Part shown: piece after piece, positions 1-32,700 of the stretch
Layout of the letters: the number at the start of each line of letters is the position of its first letter
Numbering within the stretch: position 1 is the first letter of the stretch
Assembly: GCA_002633005.1 (NCBI GenBank)
Contig: NMRA01000148.1
Span: 434,001-498,000 of the forward strand
DNA: 64,000 nucleotides
Source of the DNA: Phoronis australis
Taxonomy: Eukaryota; Animalia; Phoronida
Direction of reading: 5' to 3'
The notes under the pieces: model-generated
Told to the model about the DNA's origin: nothing
Databases searched by the model: none
Seen by the model: only the letters and a program-made list of their open reading frames with translations
Translations under genes and position numbers: made by a program

Positions 1-2058
1 ATTTCACTAGTGTGTTATTGATCTTTCAAAGAATGGAGAAGTGGGTGGTTAATCTCGTCGCATGTTGTCACAGTGAAGACATTTTATAACAAAAGAACTG
101 TCTTGCTAGAGCAGGAAATCGCCATAACAACAAGCGTGGCGGGCTCACAAAATAGACATTAGGTTTTTGTGCTACATCTGAGTAAGTTTTCTTAATACAT
201 GCTAGCGTTGGCTTAATATGTAGTAAGTGTAACCTACTCACAATTGGTGTGATGGAGGTTGGACATTGTAATGCTTATGTATGTTTTGTGGACCAAATTA
301 AGTAAGCGTGCTCGCTTATCATGGCGACTGACCTTCAAGGGGTCTCCTAACTTCAACCACAGAGAGTGCACAAGGTGGTGAAACAATCTGATATTAACAA
401 AAACAGCGTACACCTTCTCCATCAGCTGGTAGACTTTACTTGCTCTAACAGTGTCTCTGACTTTTATTCTCAGGAAGGATTTTTAAGTGAAAGACGGATT
501 AACATTTTACTGCCGTCTTCGCTCCTACTCCTTGCGCCATCTGTTGTTACATGACAGTAACCAATACATTTCAGACATAAACTGTGTTGCAATTTAAGCT
601 TTGGTCTAAGGAATGACTATTAACTGTGTGTAATTAGCCTCATAAGTCTATATGTGAAGCTGCTCCTCACATGCACTTATATGTCACACACTTGAATAAA
701 ATCGTAGAGCACATTTCTGAAATACAACATGAGTGAAACTGGATTTATTAATTGTAGAATATTAAATAAAAAGCATTAAGAATGGCTAAAATGCTGTAAT
801 TCACCCACTTAATGAGTGGCACATATGTAAGGGATAGACGCCCGACACATAAGTTAAGCTTTCATGTCTGCGCTTATATGCAAAACATGAGTACCATTTT
901 TTTTTTCAAAAACCTTTTATTTCAGAAATAGGCATCTGTGCCTGGTAGCATAAAATAATAATGGGCACAGGGTCTCAATGCAAGCGTTTACAGTAGTTAT
1001 TAGTGGAAAGGGCTCACTATAGAAGTCGAATGTTATTATAATTCGTTTGGTTTCAAAAAGTCTCACTAGACCAACTGATTTTGATTTGATTACATCAGTA
1101 GACTTTTTCGGTGATTCTGCAAAATGCATCTGTTTGTATACAACCTAAATATTTCTAGGCTTTTCTGAAATTTGTTGCTGTTAAACAACAATTCCCTCTC
1201 ATTGTTTACTTTTTAATGAGATTTGATGGCAATGATATCGCGAGACGCCCACACTCGGCTGATTATAGATTTCTTGTGGTTGAAAAATCGCGAGAATACC
1301 AGTACTAAAAGCATTCCTCTCGAGGTTCATGTGTTTAACTGTGCCTCAGTAGTGTTTACTCTATAATACTGTGTGCATTGTGATACGTTTGTCAGACCTG
1401 TGCATATAATTACAACACTAGTTTATCAATGTTGCTATATTGTGGTTCCCACTATGTGTGGAAAACTGGGAGGAAAGGGCTGTTTCATGAAGTGACTGGG
1501 GGCTTAAGTCAGAAAGTTCATTCCTAACACTCCACGCAACCTTCCAAAAATTAATTTTATTTCAATGAAGTACAGTGCACTACAAAGTGTATGACATATC
1601 CACAGTTTGTTAATTAGATAATTTTGTATGAATTATTGGCAACATGCAATTTGCTTTCAATTACTTTGAATAATCTTTATTCATAAATAGCAAAAGCCTA
1701 ATTTCTGCCTGAAGTCAGCTTTCACTAAACAATCTCCTGGAAACATTTTCTATGCATGGGAAAACTCTTAGACAATGAAAAAAGGTAAAAATCCATGGAA
1801 AATTTGAGGAAATTTATAAAATTAATCAGGTGACTATTGTTCTTTTCCATATCATGAGTTAGTGCAGTCAGATACCCATAGCAGCAATCATTTGGATAAT
1901 AGCTATTTTCCATTGTTTTTGGAAAAAGGGAAATTGTATTCTCGAAATTCATGCATAATGGAACTGAAATACGAGTAATAGGAACCAAGTGTCTGCAATA
2001 AATAATTCATGTAGAAATTGCCTCATCTCTCAATTTGATGTTCTGTATTCTCTTCCAG

Positions 2059-21435
<19,377 letters not shown>

Positions 21436-22890
21436 GGCTCACTGAGTCGTCATTGGTTGTGTTAAATTGTGCTTAGGCAATTTAACTTTGTTACGTCAGC
21501 TGGAAATGCTGTTGGTCAGGACTGGACAGCTCTCAGTTTTTGCTTCTCCTTTTAACAAATTTTGGCAGAGGTTATCAAAACTGCTGCAATCTTTTTCGAC
21601 TTGACGAGTCACTGAATAGCATCATGTTGTTGGTACAGTAATGGTGGACTTGATATCCACTAGGTGGTGCTGATGAACAAAGATCCCCTGTTTGACATCT
21701 GAATGTATTGAAAACAGAAAGCAGTTCTTTGGCATGGGAGCATTCGTCAGTTTCCCATGTGACTACCTTTCTGCATTTATGCTTTTCTATAGGTAGGGCC
21801 TTTAATGCGCTACTGCCACCTGATGGATTTCAAGTTTCTCATTAAAAATGTTCTGGTACTCAAAACCAAGTTCAGTGTTTCTTTAAGATTGGTTGGGGTG
21901 CGCTGCTGGTGTTTTTGCTCAGATGACTGAACTGTTTGGTATTCAGATGTTTTCGTTACTCCAGAAATTTCAGGGTCTCGCTCCATCCTCAGACATTAAT
22001 CCAGTGTTATCCTGTTGTGTATCAAATCTATGCATACTCTAGAAGATGATTCAACCCTAGTCCTCTCCGTGATGTATAGTAGTCGCCAAAAGTATTGTGA
22101 CCAAATTATCCACATGTTGTTATCATGATTGCTGGGCACTAGTGGAATTCGTCGTCATAGTAACATTGCCAAGCAGTTGTCCCAGAAAGTAGAAGCACTA
22201 TTGTAAAGTTGAGGGTTTGTGGGAATCACAACTCATGCAGGGTTTTTGCGTTAACTCTCTACTTATTTGGTGCAAAAAATAATTAACAAAATTGTCATTT
22301 TCCATTTTTAATAGTGAATAATATCTACCCTAACAGACCGAGCTAGTAATTAACAAAAAATTCTTAATCTTTGTTTTTGTGGAAAATAATGGTGATAGAA
22401 ATTTTTCCTTGTCTGCCATAGTGTGCTCAATAGGTGAAGAATGCAGTATTTGTACTGTGAGAATTGTTTGTTGCGACCGTGATGCAGTATTTGGTCCAAT
22501 TACTTTTGGCATGCATTGTTGTCTTTGGGATAGCACAGGTGATTTCCACTCATTCTTTATTTTATGATATTGTCTTGTAAGCAAACTATATAATGATTTG
22601 TTATTTGTAAAGTGTTATTTGTAACAATCAAATATGTTACGTGTTGCCTAGAGTTTCACAGCGATGAAGACAGCATCTGTTGTTCCGTTGATTTTCATAT
22701 GCTTGCCGTTACCTCTTTTTTGTGCTGTTCAACTACATCGTCTTATGCCGAGCATGTCGGTGTTATCTTGGTTTTGTTATGGTCAGATTCATGTCTGGCC
22801 AAACTTAATGAATAGTAAAGTGCAATGTATAAATACGTATTTATGGGAACGTGTGGATATTTGGCTTACTTACTCCAAAGTATCTGCTAA

Positions 22891-22896
22891 AATAAA
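22891..22896 (+). promoter_or_regulatory. Candidate polyadenylation signal of the WWP-like gene
   Basis: AATAAA about 1.45 kb after the stop codon; position only, no transcript data. Confidence 0.3.
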
Positions 22897-23499
22897 TTTC
22901 CCAATGACTAAAAAATTTGAGAACCCGTTCAGTGAGCATGAGTTTACATCGAAGTAATTCTTCGGCGAGCTCAGATTCTGCATAGCTTATGTGATATTAA
23001 AGGTTATTTCTTAAGTCTGTAAATAGCATTTAATGTTGTATATATTGATACAAATACGACTTTCGTTTCAATCTGTGTACACTCGTTTTTAATCAGAGCA
23101 CTGTGGTTTTGCTTCAAATCTGTCTCTCGGTGGCTTAGGTCTGGAGACACAATCTGCTCAAAATTGTCTGCGTTACATCCTCTACGCCTTGAGGAATATG
23201 TCTATATCCATCCAATATGTTTAGTCTGTTCATCTCCTGCTTGTTAAATCCATATCTTGGTGATTCTGTATTTTGGATGGATAGAATGAATGTTACTGAG
23301 TCTGTGTCTCTGTCTTCCTGCGGCTGTGTGCTGCAAGAGTGTTTAGACTGGATCAAGGTGTGATGGCACACTTTGTATGGTTAAGGTCATGAAGAGCAAA
23401 GTTAACATGTATGCATTTAGCAAAATAGCCGAAATACTTTAGAATTGAACTCTAAAAGTATAATATTTTTCATAAAGTAGAAACTGTGTAGGATTCAAT

Positions 23500-23897
23500 T
23501 TTGGACCTCATACAAATTTGACATTAATCCTTCATGTGACCCTGTCTTGAGTAAAATTTATTAAAAGGGAGAAACATTCAGAGCAAAACAATGGTTTGGA
23601 TAACATCACAAAATTTCTTTCCATAGAGATGTTAAAGATGAGATATGGAAAATAATGTCCCATTTTTCTAAGTAAAACCATGTTTTTGTTTTTGTTATGT
23701 GAAACTATTGAGTTCTCAATTCTCAAAAGCACCATATGCAAAGTGAAACTTCTTAAAGACAATTTATAAATTAAACCTTTTGGTGAACTGTGCATAAATT
23801 TTAGTATCTGTAGTTTCATATGAATCAGATGGGCCATTTCTGAGATAAGATTCCTGAAGTTAGCCATATTTTGACATTTTTCTAGTGTTGCAGCCTT
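23500..23897 (-). mobile_element. Kolobok-type family A copy, reverse orientation, decayed
   Basis: GCCATTTCTGAGATAAGATTCCTGAAGTTAGCC is the reverse complement of the family core; limits approximate. Confidence 0.55.
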
Positions 23898-26588
23898 GAG
23901 GCAACAGGCCTGGAATGATTAGACCTGGAAATAGAAACTGCGATTGGTTAGTGTGAAGGATTGCTTGTGTTGTATAGTATTCTTAAATTAAATCTGCTAA
24001 CTGTGAAGTACACAACAACTAACAACTGTTTCTCTTTCCTTTGTTTACATACATCTGAGAAATTGGTTTGTGCTGTGACAAAATAATTTTAATTACCATT
24101 ATCAAGTGAAAATGCGACGATTCGTAGACCCAGTAGATTTTTGCTGAAACAGTTTCATAGGGAACATAATATCCTTCAACTTCATTGTTTGAATCGTAAT
24201 TCATGGGTTTTGTGTAGTAAGTGAATCAAATCTTGAAAAGTTTAACCTAAGGAGTGAATTTTTATTTTCTTAATGATTTACGTCCTACGTAATATTAATT
24301 AGGTCAACCTGAAGTTTCAAGTTAAGAACTCTCATAAAGTTGGCGTCCACAATCTTTCTGTTGAAGCAGTCGGTGAGCTTTGTTCGGTCCATGGTGTTAT
24401 GTTGTACTATTAGGAACTAGAATTCGCTGTATCAAAGGATCGAAACAAAGGGCTCCACCTCAAAATAATTGTGGAGTTGCATAGGCCTTTAAAGTAAATG
24501 TAATAATGAAATTATAGTAACCATGTAGTGAGACCTCTCGTCCTTGAGTGGGCTCACTTAAAACTGTCAACCGACGTGGGGAAATTATAACATTTTATGA
24601 GCGGACACAAAATAGTTTTACCAAAGGACAGTTCACGGCAGAGGGAAGCAAAATATTGGTCAAAGGCAGAAATGGTCGCTTAAGATCATGTCGTGTTTTT
24701 TTCGTCTAAAATACTACTACTGGTAGATTAGGGATAATCTGACCGAATTTAAGTAAAGTAGTGCATAGTGTTGGCAAACCAAATAAATGGAAATTTATCG
24801 AGAAGAAAATTTATTGATAAAATTTGACAGTTGTGATGCATTATGTCTGGTTTTGACAAGACACCACATTGCGCTCTGTTTTTAAATTATGATGATAAAT
24901 TATTCACAGATTCTTGTACAGGTATTTACATGTGAAATAAAAATTGGTATAATAAATTTTGTTGTTGAACCTGGATTGTTATATATGGTTTTCAGACTTA
25001 TCCAAAGTGCTGTCCTTGCATTCATTAATGCTGTTTGTGAACGTTTGAGGACAGTTTTTTGTGAGAAGCGTTTGCGTTGGTGGCCCGGATGTACTAGTTT
25101 GACCATTAGTTTAATGTTGCAATTTTCCATAGAACTGTGGACCAAAGTTGGTATAATTTTCCAACTAAAATTAGTCGAAATAATACACAACAGCTAGTTT
25201 TGTGGCTGTGAAAATGTATAATATAGGTGGGTAAATTAATCCTGCGCGTGATATCAAACTGAAAATTGCGTAAAAACTCTTTTGTAAATTTCAATTTGCA
25301 TTTAGGCACATGATGGCGCAGAAGTTTCACTTATGTTCGCAGGCAGCCATTTTTGGGTGTGTGGGAAGGTTTGAAAGGAGTGGGATAAAATGTTAAACAA
25401 TCTTAAATTACGGCCTTAGGAATCTCATACGTGATAGACAAATAATAGTCTTCGGAATTGACTTGGTTTTTTTCATCGACTTACTGCTTTCTTACTAATA
25501 AGTCGAGCTTTACTTGTGTACATTATTTCAGAGTTGCTCAGTGGGTAAGCCCATCGTTTATAAGCGCATTCACGATATTATGTTAAATGGCCAATAAGGC
25601 TGTTTGAAATAAAGGTGTTGTGAATGTTAACCACCTATGTTCAGTTGCGAACTTTGATAAACAAAGGCTGGCGTTGGATGCGAAAATATTGTCATGCCAT
25701 TGACTGCTTAAGTTGCAAAGATTGCACTACCCGTCCACCAAACTGCAACCGTCTGTTGATTTGAGTCAGCGGGTATATTCTTGTCAGGTGAGAACGGCTT
25801 TGGTAGAAACAACTCTAGGCCATCTTCGAAGCTCTCAATATCTGCTGTGCAGAGTTCCGTAGACCCAAGACAATTGCTTGCGACGAATAATCTGCGTTCA
25901 ACGAACCGAAATTTTTGTTGAATTCATTCCATAATTCAACGTCCCCTACCATCAGTTCAGTGGTCGTCGATGATTTCTTGCTAGATTACGCTGTCGAGAA
26001 CACTCGTGGACTACTGAAACATTTACCTTGTTTTACTCGCTAGAGATTTTGTGTCGCTTTGCACGACCTTGCTTTTCTCGCAAGGAACTGTGTTCGCATC
26101 TGAGGGGAAACTTGAAGATAGGAAGTGAGTCCCATGTTTAAAGATTGACATTTTCATGAAATTTTACTGTTGAATTTGCCTAGTTCTGCAAATTGGACAT
26201 AGGTTAGGTTATAATGAAAATGACGGAGGTTGAATGAATTAAAAAAAAAACATTTTTTTTCATATTAAAATGGAAATTTGAAGACGAATTTATGAATAAA
26301 TGGAGGTCAGTGTAATTATATAAATACGTGTTATCGAAAATAACTCAGTTCTGACCACTTGTCGCTATAAATCTGGTACTAAAATGGTTTTTGCTCAAAT
26401 AAGAGACGATCAGATGCCGGGCAGTGCTCAGGAAGAAACGGTAGTTCGTTACCGATGATCGAGTAGAAAATAAGGTTAGTCAACGCTTCGTGAGGCAATG
26501 ACAAAATGACATCATCGAATTCACTAAAATGTTCTTTTGTTATTTTGCAACGTATTGCCATCTATCGGAATTTATAAACTGCAACATT

Positions 26589-26620
26589 ACTTCCGCTTCC
26601 GGTACCCGTTGCCAAGCAAG
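26589..26620. promoter_or_regulatory. Putative promoter: tandem ETS/GABP-like motifs and an RFX X-box-like element
   Basis: ACTTCCGCTTCCGG at 26589-26602 and GTTGCCAAGCAAG at 26608-26620, about 70-100 bp upstream of ATG 26688, in a locally CpG-richer patch. Confidence 0.45.
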
Positions 26621-26687
26621 CGAGGTCAAAACCATTCATTTGCACGCTGTGTTTTGTATCACCTGCTAGTTTGTAACTTAAAACGCA

Positions 26688-26747
26688 ATGACGAAGGAAG
26701 CAATGATCGACAACAGTTTTGAAATTCTGATGGCCAGGATTAACCAG
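26688..26747 (+). CDS. DUF4476-like gene exon 1
   Basis: gcaATG MTKEAMIDNSFEILMARINQ|gtattg. Confidence 0.75.
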
Positions 26748-29700
26748 GTATTGTTTTATACGGCAAAAAAAATAAAGAAATGTCCATAAATTTTTGAGTT
26801 GTCAGATATGTTTTGGACAACCGTGAGATAACGAGTCCGGTGTTCAGGATTATCATTCAGTGACTGGAGTTCCAACTTATGGTTGTTTGCACGAGTTGGG
26901 GTACTACCTTACTCGCTCTACTACTGCTGGAGTTAGGTTGATGATTTGATCAATCGGATTGTGTTTCCGCGAGAATCATATAAACTAGTATCCATGTAGA
27001 AAAAAATGAAATATACCCCTTATGGCCTTATGCCCTTTTATGGCACAATAAGTAAGTTCCACAGTCTGCTTGGGTCTGGTTATAGCTTCATTATTTCTGA
27101 GTTTTTTTTCATCATAAGTTTTGGCAATAATCATCACTGTAGTGCTTGAGAACCTTGCCTTTTTGCAACGGTTAGTTCAGTTGAGAAGCAGTTACTGACA
27201 GCTGGCTAGGGGCTACAATACAATACTCGATCCCCATCGCTTTCTGTACTAATTTTGCCCTGTTTATATTAAACGGGTGGATCTAAGTTTACATCCCAGG
27301 GCTTGAGTTCTATGGTTTTAGTAACTCTTTGAACTGTGGTAATTAATTGCCCTGCCTGCAAGCCATAATGCAGAATGCTGAACAATGATCTAGACTGATA
27401 TCTCAACTATCCTCGATTTAGAAACTGTTGTCATCTGGAGTTGAAGCCAAATGGGAAGTTTTTGCTATAGAATAATGACCTCATGACAAATAGTATTTCA
27501 AAGAGGCACCAGTTATTGAGTAATAGTGTCTACATGTCATGCAGTGCATAATTGTGGTATCCTGACCAAAACGTGAAAAGTGATCGACTTGTTGCTTAAA
27601 TCTGAAAGAATTGGAAAATGACGATTGTGTAATCAAATGGGAACTGCAATATTGTCTTTGCCACCAGTACCTAAGCCGTAGTTGTGTAACATGTTTTTCA
27701 CATTTTCTTTTGATTTTCAACTTATTTTACAGGAGACTGGTTCGCCTGATACAAAAATGGAAATACTTTTTAAATCCAAAGGACATTTTGATGCTGAAAA
27801 GGTAGGTAATTATTTACTGGCTTTAAGTTATAGCTGCATGACCAGTTACAGATTTAAAGTGGCTGTGACTTTCCTAAAGTTATCTCAATTTTGTCATAGT
27901 CATAACAATATTACAGTTAATAAGCTAACATGCCAGTGGTCATGGCCTTTCATAGACATCCTGATGTCACGTTTTGCGCATGCACATACACAGAGGTCAG
28001 GTAACCTTGACCTGTTCTAACTCCAATTTTTGTTCCACTCTTTTAACGGGTGATAAGTAGATTTGGCTCGTAGGATTTCCTTACTTGTTGAGAATACCCT
28101 TGACTCTGTTTATGTATTGTAATGGTAAAAGTATTTAATTTTATCCATTGAAAAGTTAATTATAAGATATGTTCACAAAAATCAGGGTTTTTATAAAAAG
28201 ATATTGATTATAGTCGAATTGAAAGTTTTTGATTTATACGACTTATTGTTATAAAACTGGTCTTGTCATGTTCTGATAGTTTGTTATTTCTTCACTCTGT
28301 TTAGAAGTCATATCTGGCTTCAGGAACGACTGATAGTTTGTTATTTCTTCAAACAAGCACATAAAATGTTATGAGCTTGGTCTGAAGAAATTGAACTGTA
28401 AGTTTTTTCCAATCCCGGATATCACACCTATTTTGACTAAGGAACAAGTTGTGACCAATTTCCTAATGATAAATGATGCAAATAAAAACTTGTTAATTTT
28501 GAAAGTAAGCAGTGGTTAAATGCTGGTTTAAGCAGAATATTTGAAAGTTTTGGCATGAAACAACTGACCTAAAAGTTGTAGTAATGATTTCAAAAAGAAA
28601 AAATGTCCTTGTTGTTAGTGTCTCAAAACTAAGAATGCTATCCAGACACACTATTTTTCTATTTTTTGTCATCAGCCACTGCCATTAATTGCCTAATTTA
28701 ACAACACTTGAAACATTTTGAATTCACGAATGTTTTATGATATGTCATTGTTCATAATTTTGGGGATTTCAAATGATTTGTATGATCTTAAAGATTGTGG
28801 CAGTCCTGAATTTTTTCATTTAGTGTTTCTGAATATACTCCGTTTCAAAAAGTAATACCTTGTATCTTGTTTTTGCATCAAATTTCAAAAGCTGGAAATG
28901 AAGATCTGCTTTTTTATCAAGATTAGATTAAATTCTTGTTCTGATAAGTATCACTTTCATTAGGTTATAAAACACTAATTGGATTATGTTTATTTCCAGG
29001 CGACAAGGGTACTTTATGCATTTGCCTCACCTGCTCATAAAGTGCGAGCCATGCAAGTTATGGAACCAGTAAGTTGCGTATTTATCGATAATCACAATGA
29101 ATTTTGGCTATAACGTTTTCTTTGTTATTTAAGGTTATGTAGAACCCTTCAGAATTTTGCTAACTTCTGAACATCATATTTCAGAAATGGCTGATTAGAT
29201 TGATGTGCAACTTTCAGATACTATTTTTATGCCAACACAATGTTAGAAATTGCCTATAAAGTGTTCTACTTTTGCATGAGGGACTATCAAAATATATGAC
29301 GTTTATGATTTTCATGAAAAAATCTGAAGTTGCGTAAACAAAAACGAAGTGACATTTTGGAAAACAGTAACAATGTTTGTGAGATATCGTCTTGAACATT
29401 TCTTCAAGTAAAATTTGATCATGTTATCGATGCTGTTGTTTTACTATCAATGTACCTTTCTGTTTTGCCAAACCCAATTTATGAAAAACTGGTATAAAGT
29501 CAAAATCAACTTCTTGTTTTCTAGTCTCAAAAAATATAGATAGATATTTGTCTAAATACGCATACTTGTCAATGTGGCCATACATAATCTTACTATTTTA
29601 TTTGTCATAATAGTAACAAATACAAAAGCACCATACGCACACACATCTAAGATTAGGAATTGGAAATCTATTGTTTAAGGGCTTTTTACAGGGTGGTGTG

Positions 29701-32700
29701 TTTCTTGAGAACATTTCATGATACATGACTTATAAGTTTCAGATTACATTCAAGGTGCAATGTTTTTAACAAAGATTTTCACTCTCATTTAATTGGGGCA
29801 TGTCTTTATGAATAGGCATGAATTACTGCTTGACTGGGGTAGTGGGGTAAGGCACCTCGCCTAGGCTAGTCTTGGTGTAGCCTGGTCTATAGATGCTATT
29901 CTCATGGCATCAAATGATTATTTTTTTAATACAGGGTAATTAATCCGATGTCATTACTTAACAGCACGGGAATAGCTTGATCCCTAGGTCATCGTAATAA
30001 TGTTTATAAATATACATTGTTAGACACCTAGTGAAATTACTTTCAAAATATTCTTGCAATGACTATAGACTGAGTTCTGAAGGCAGTCTAAATAATGTAG
30101 AGAGGTCAAACCAAAATGAAACTTATCAGAGAATTATCTTGCAAGCAACCATGTTAAAGTTGTGTTTATAGTGTTTGAATCAAAACAGAAATTTGATTGA
30201 ATAGACTGCTTCATTTGTGAGGAGAAAATGTGTGGTGTTTAGTTTTTTCGTTCATTTTCAGTTTGATTTATGCATTTCCTTGAGTCATTATTGTATCCTA
30301 TTTTAGCGACTAGTCCGGATGTCATGCGCTGAGGCAAGATCTATTTTAGGAGCTGTGAGCATCCACAACGATAAACTGATTATTTTAGACTGTATTAAAA
30401 GGTTGGTAGTATTTGTTCCATTTTCTCAATCAGTTCTTTCGAAAGCAGTGAACTGATATTGGTAGCATTCATACATCTCCTTCCAAAAGGCTAGGAACTC
30501 TGTTGCATTCTTGCAGCTAAGCTGTCACAAGTTTCAAAACATGTTTCATATAATTTTGACATTTTTAAACTTATAGTGGTATAATCTCACTGATTAATGA
30601 CAAAAATAATTGCTGAAATTACCTTTTCAAAGGTTTCAAACATTATTGTGAATGCTTACAATTTTCAAAATGTTTTCTTGGTTGGAAGCTGTAATAATTC
30701 AAGAATTGAATATGGAAAAGCAATAATTTGGTGCTACATATGTTTTAAGGAAAATTGAGAAAATGAAATTTCACTTCTCTGCTATGCTGTGTGCTTTTAC
30801 CAGATATGACTTTAAATTTTTGTAAAAACATCCTTCTGTAATATTCCTCATTAATTGCTTCATCATCAGTAACTTAAGTATGACAAGTTGGCAAACACAA
30901 ACATAACAGTAGAACTCATTGAGCAGTCTTAACTTTTTACATTTTGGGGGTGCTTTTCACGATATATTTCACAGAAAATTACAAATTTATTTGGTCTGAA
31001 GTGCTTACTAGTTACTTTGCCCAAACTCGGAACACTAAGAAGAGTCAATTTTCATTATCAACCAATATGATATAATAGTTCTATAACTGCATGTGAATAA
31101 GACAACATTTCTTATAATCTATTTTACCCGGGGTATGTGATGAGCTAGGTTGCTGAGTAAAACAAGATGAGGATTGTCGAATAATGTCATTTATTATGAC
31201 GCAAGTAGGAAGTAAAATAAAAAAGACTGTAAGATGAGCGTGGAAAAAACGTCACCGGTGTGTACATAGATGTACTCTTAATAATAAAAGAAAAACAAAA
31301 AGAATTAAAGAAGCCTGCAAATTTTTTTAAAATGTGTTGTGTCTGTGCATTTCTGTTCCTTTTTGTGGTCCACATCGGGTCATAATAGTGACGGATACGT
31401 TATCACCAAACAGTCTAACATGATCATCACTATGTGTAATAAGTTTTAACATTTATTAGCAAGACAAATCAAACAGTTATGTACTTGTTACCTATACATC
31501 AAGCAGGGAATTGAGATGAAAATGTATTTAAATTTCTAATATTATTATGTCTGATTCATTGTCACATATTTTTCAGATGTCTCACAGACTGTCAAATGAG
31601 AATGGGCCAAGAGTTTATACTCAGTGCGTTTCCATATGAAGATGACAAAAGGAAAGCTCTCAGAATCCTGGACACTGTAAGTTTTTAACACATGCAATTT
31701 ATTAATAATAGTAATAGTAACAACAGCAGTATGCCTATTCACTGTATTTTATTGTTGTGTTTGATATGTAAGTACTGTGGGCTGATGGCCTCGAGTATGA
31801 ATAACCGTGTTCACTATGAGTGACAGTAGTAAAATTATATACATTTATTTGAAGCTCAGTAAAAACTCTATCAAATAGTTATAAGTGAACAAACACAAGT
31901 GAATGCGTAAAACTGAATGATATTTGGCAATCAAGAATTACTGTAAGAAAAAGATATAAAGAAATACTGGGTAAATAAATATTTTTGTGTCAATACCTGC
32001 AGCACTGCACTGTGACAACCTTTTTGTTTATTTATGATTTGACATTTTTTTCAAAATATCTTTTTCATCACTGTTTCTTTGGGACATTTTAAAGAAGTTA
32101 ATTGCTTATTCATTTTGTTGAGGTCATATCTGCAGACTCATTTAGTAATCTCAACCCTTACGTTTTGATATAAAGATTTTGTTTGTTACTAAACATTTTT
32201 TCTCAGAATGCAATTTCATTCCCTCTAACTGGCAAATGATATCTAATTGTCAGGTGAGGTCTGATGTTGCGAACCTGACACCTGCTGGTGGTCACCAAGG
32301 TTACGCAGCTCTAGGAGGACTGTACACACAGGCGCGGCCCATGGACCCTCATTTATATGGTTCTATTCCAGAACAAAGAAAAACCATACCTGTAAGTCTA
32401 TAATTCGATATCATGCTTTCTAATGTGGCATTGTTGTCAAAGTTGTAATTAGGTAATGTTTTTAATTCAAAGTTTCTCTTTCAATATGCCGTGGGAGCTC
32501 ACAAGAAAACAAAACTTTATGAGGAACCCTATACAGGTAGAAATTGATGGTGGGACAATAATTGTCCAACCCTTGGGGTTTACTACTGCGGACACAATAG
32601 CCCAGTGAATTCAGTGCTACTGCTTGAGATGCTTGGTCACCTATGTAATCCTTTATGACTATTTGTCTGGTGACTGTTGGCAGCCCAGCCCGCAGCTGGT

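Noticed and set aside
1-2058. Start codon or first C2 exon of the WWP-like gene
   Set aside because: No exon with C2-like translation and suitable splice sites was found; the gene start is presumably upstream of the window.
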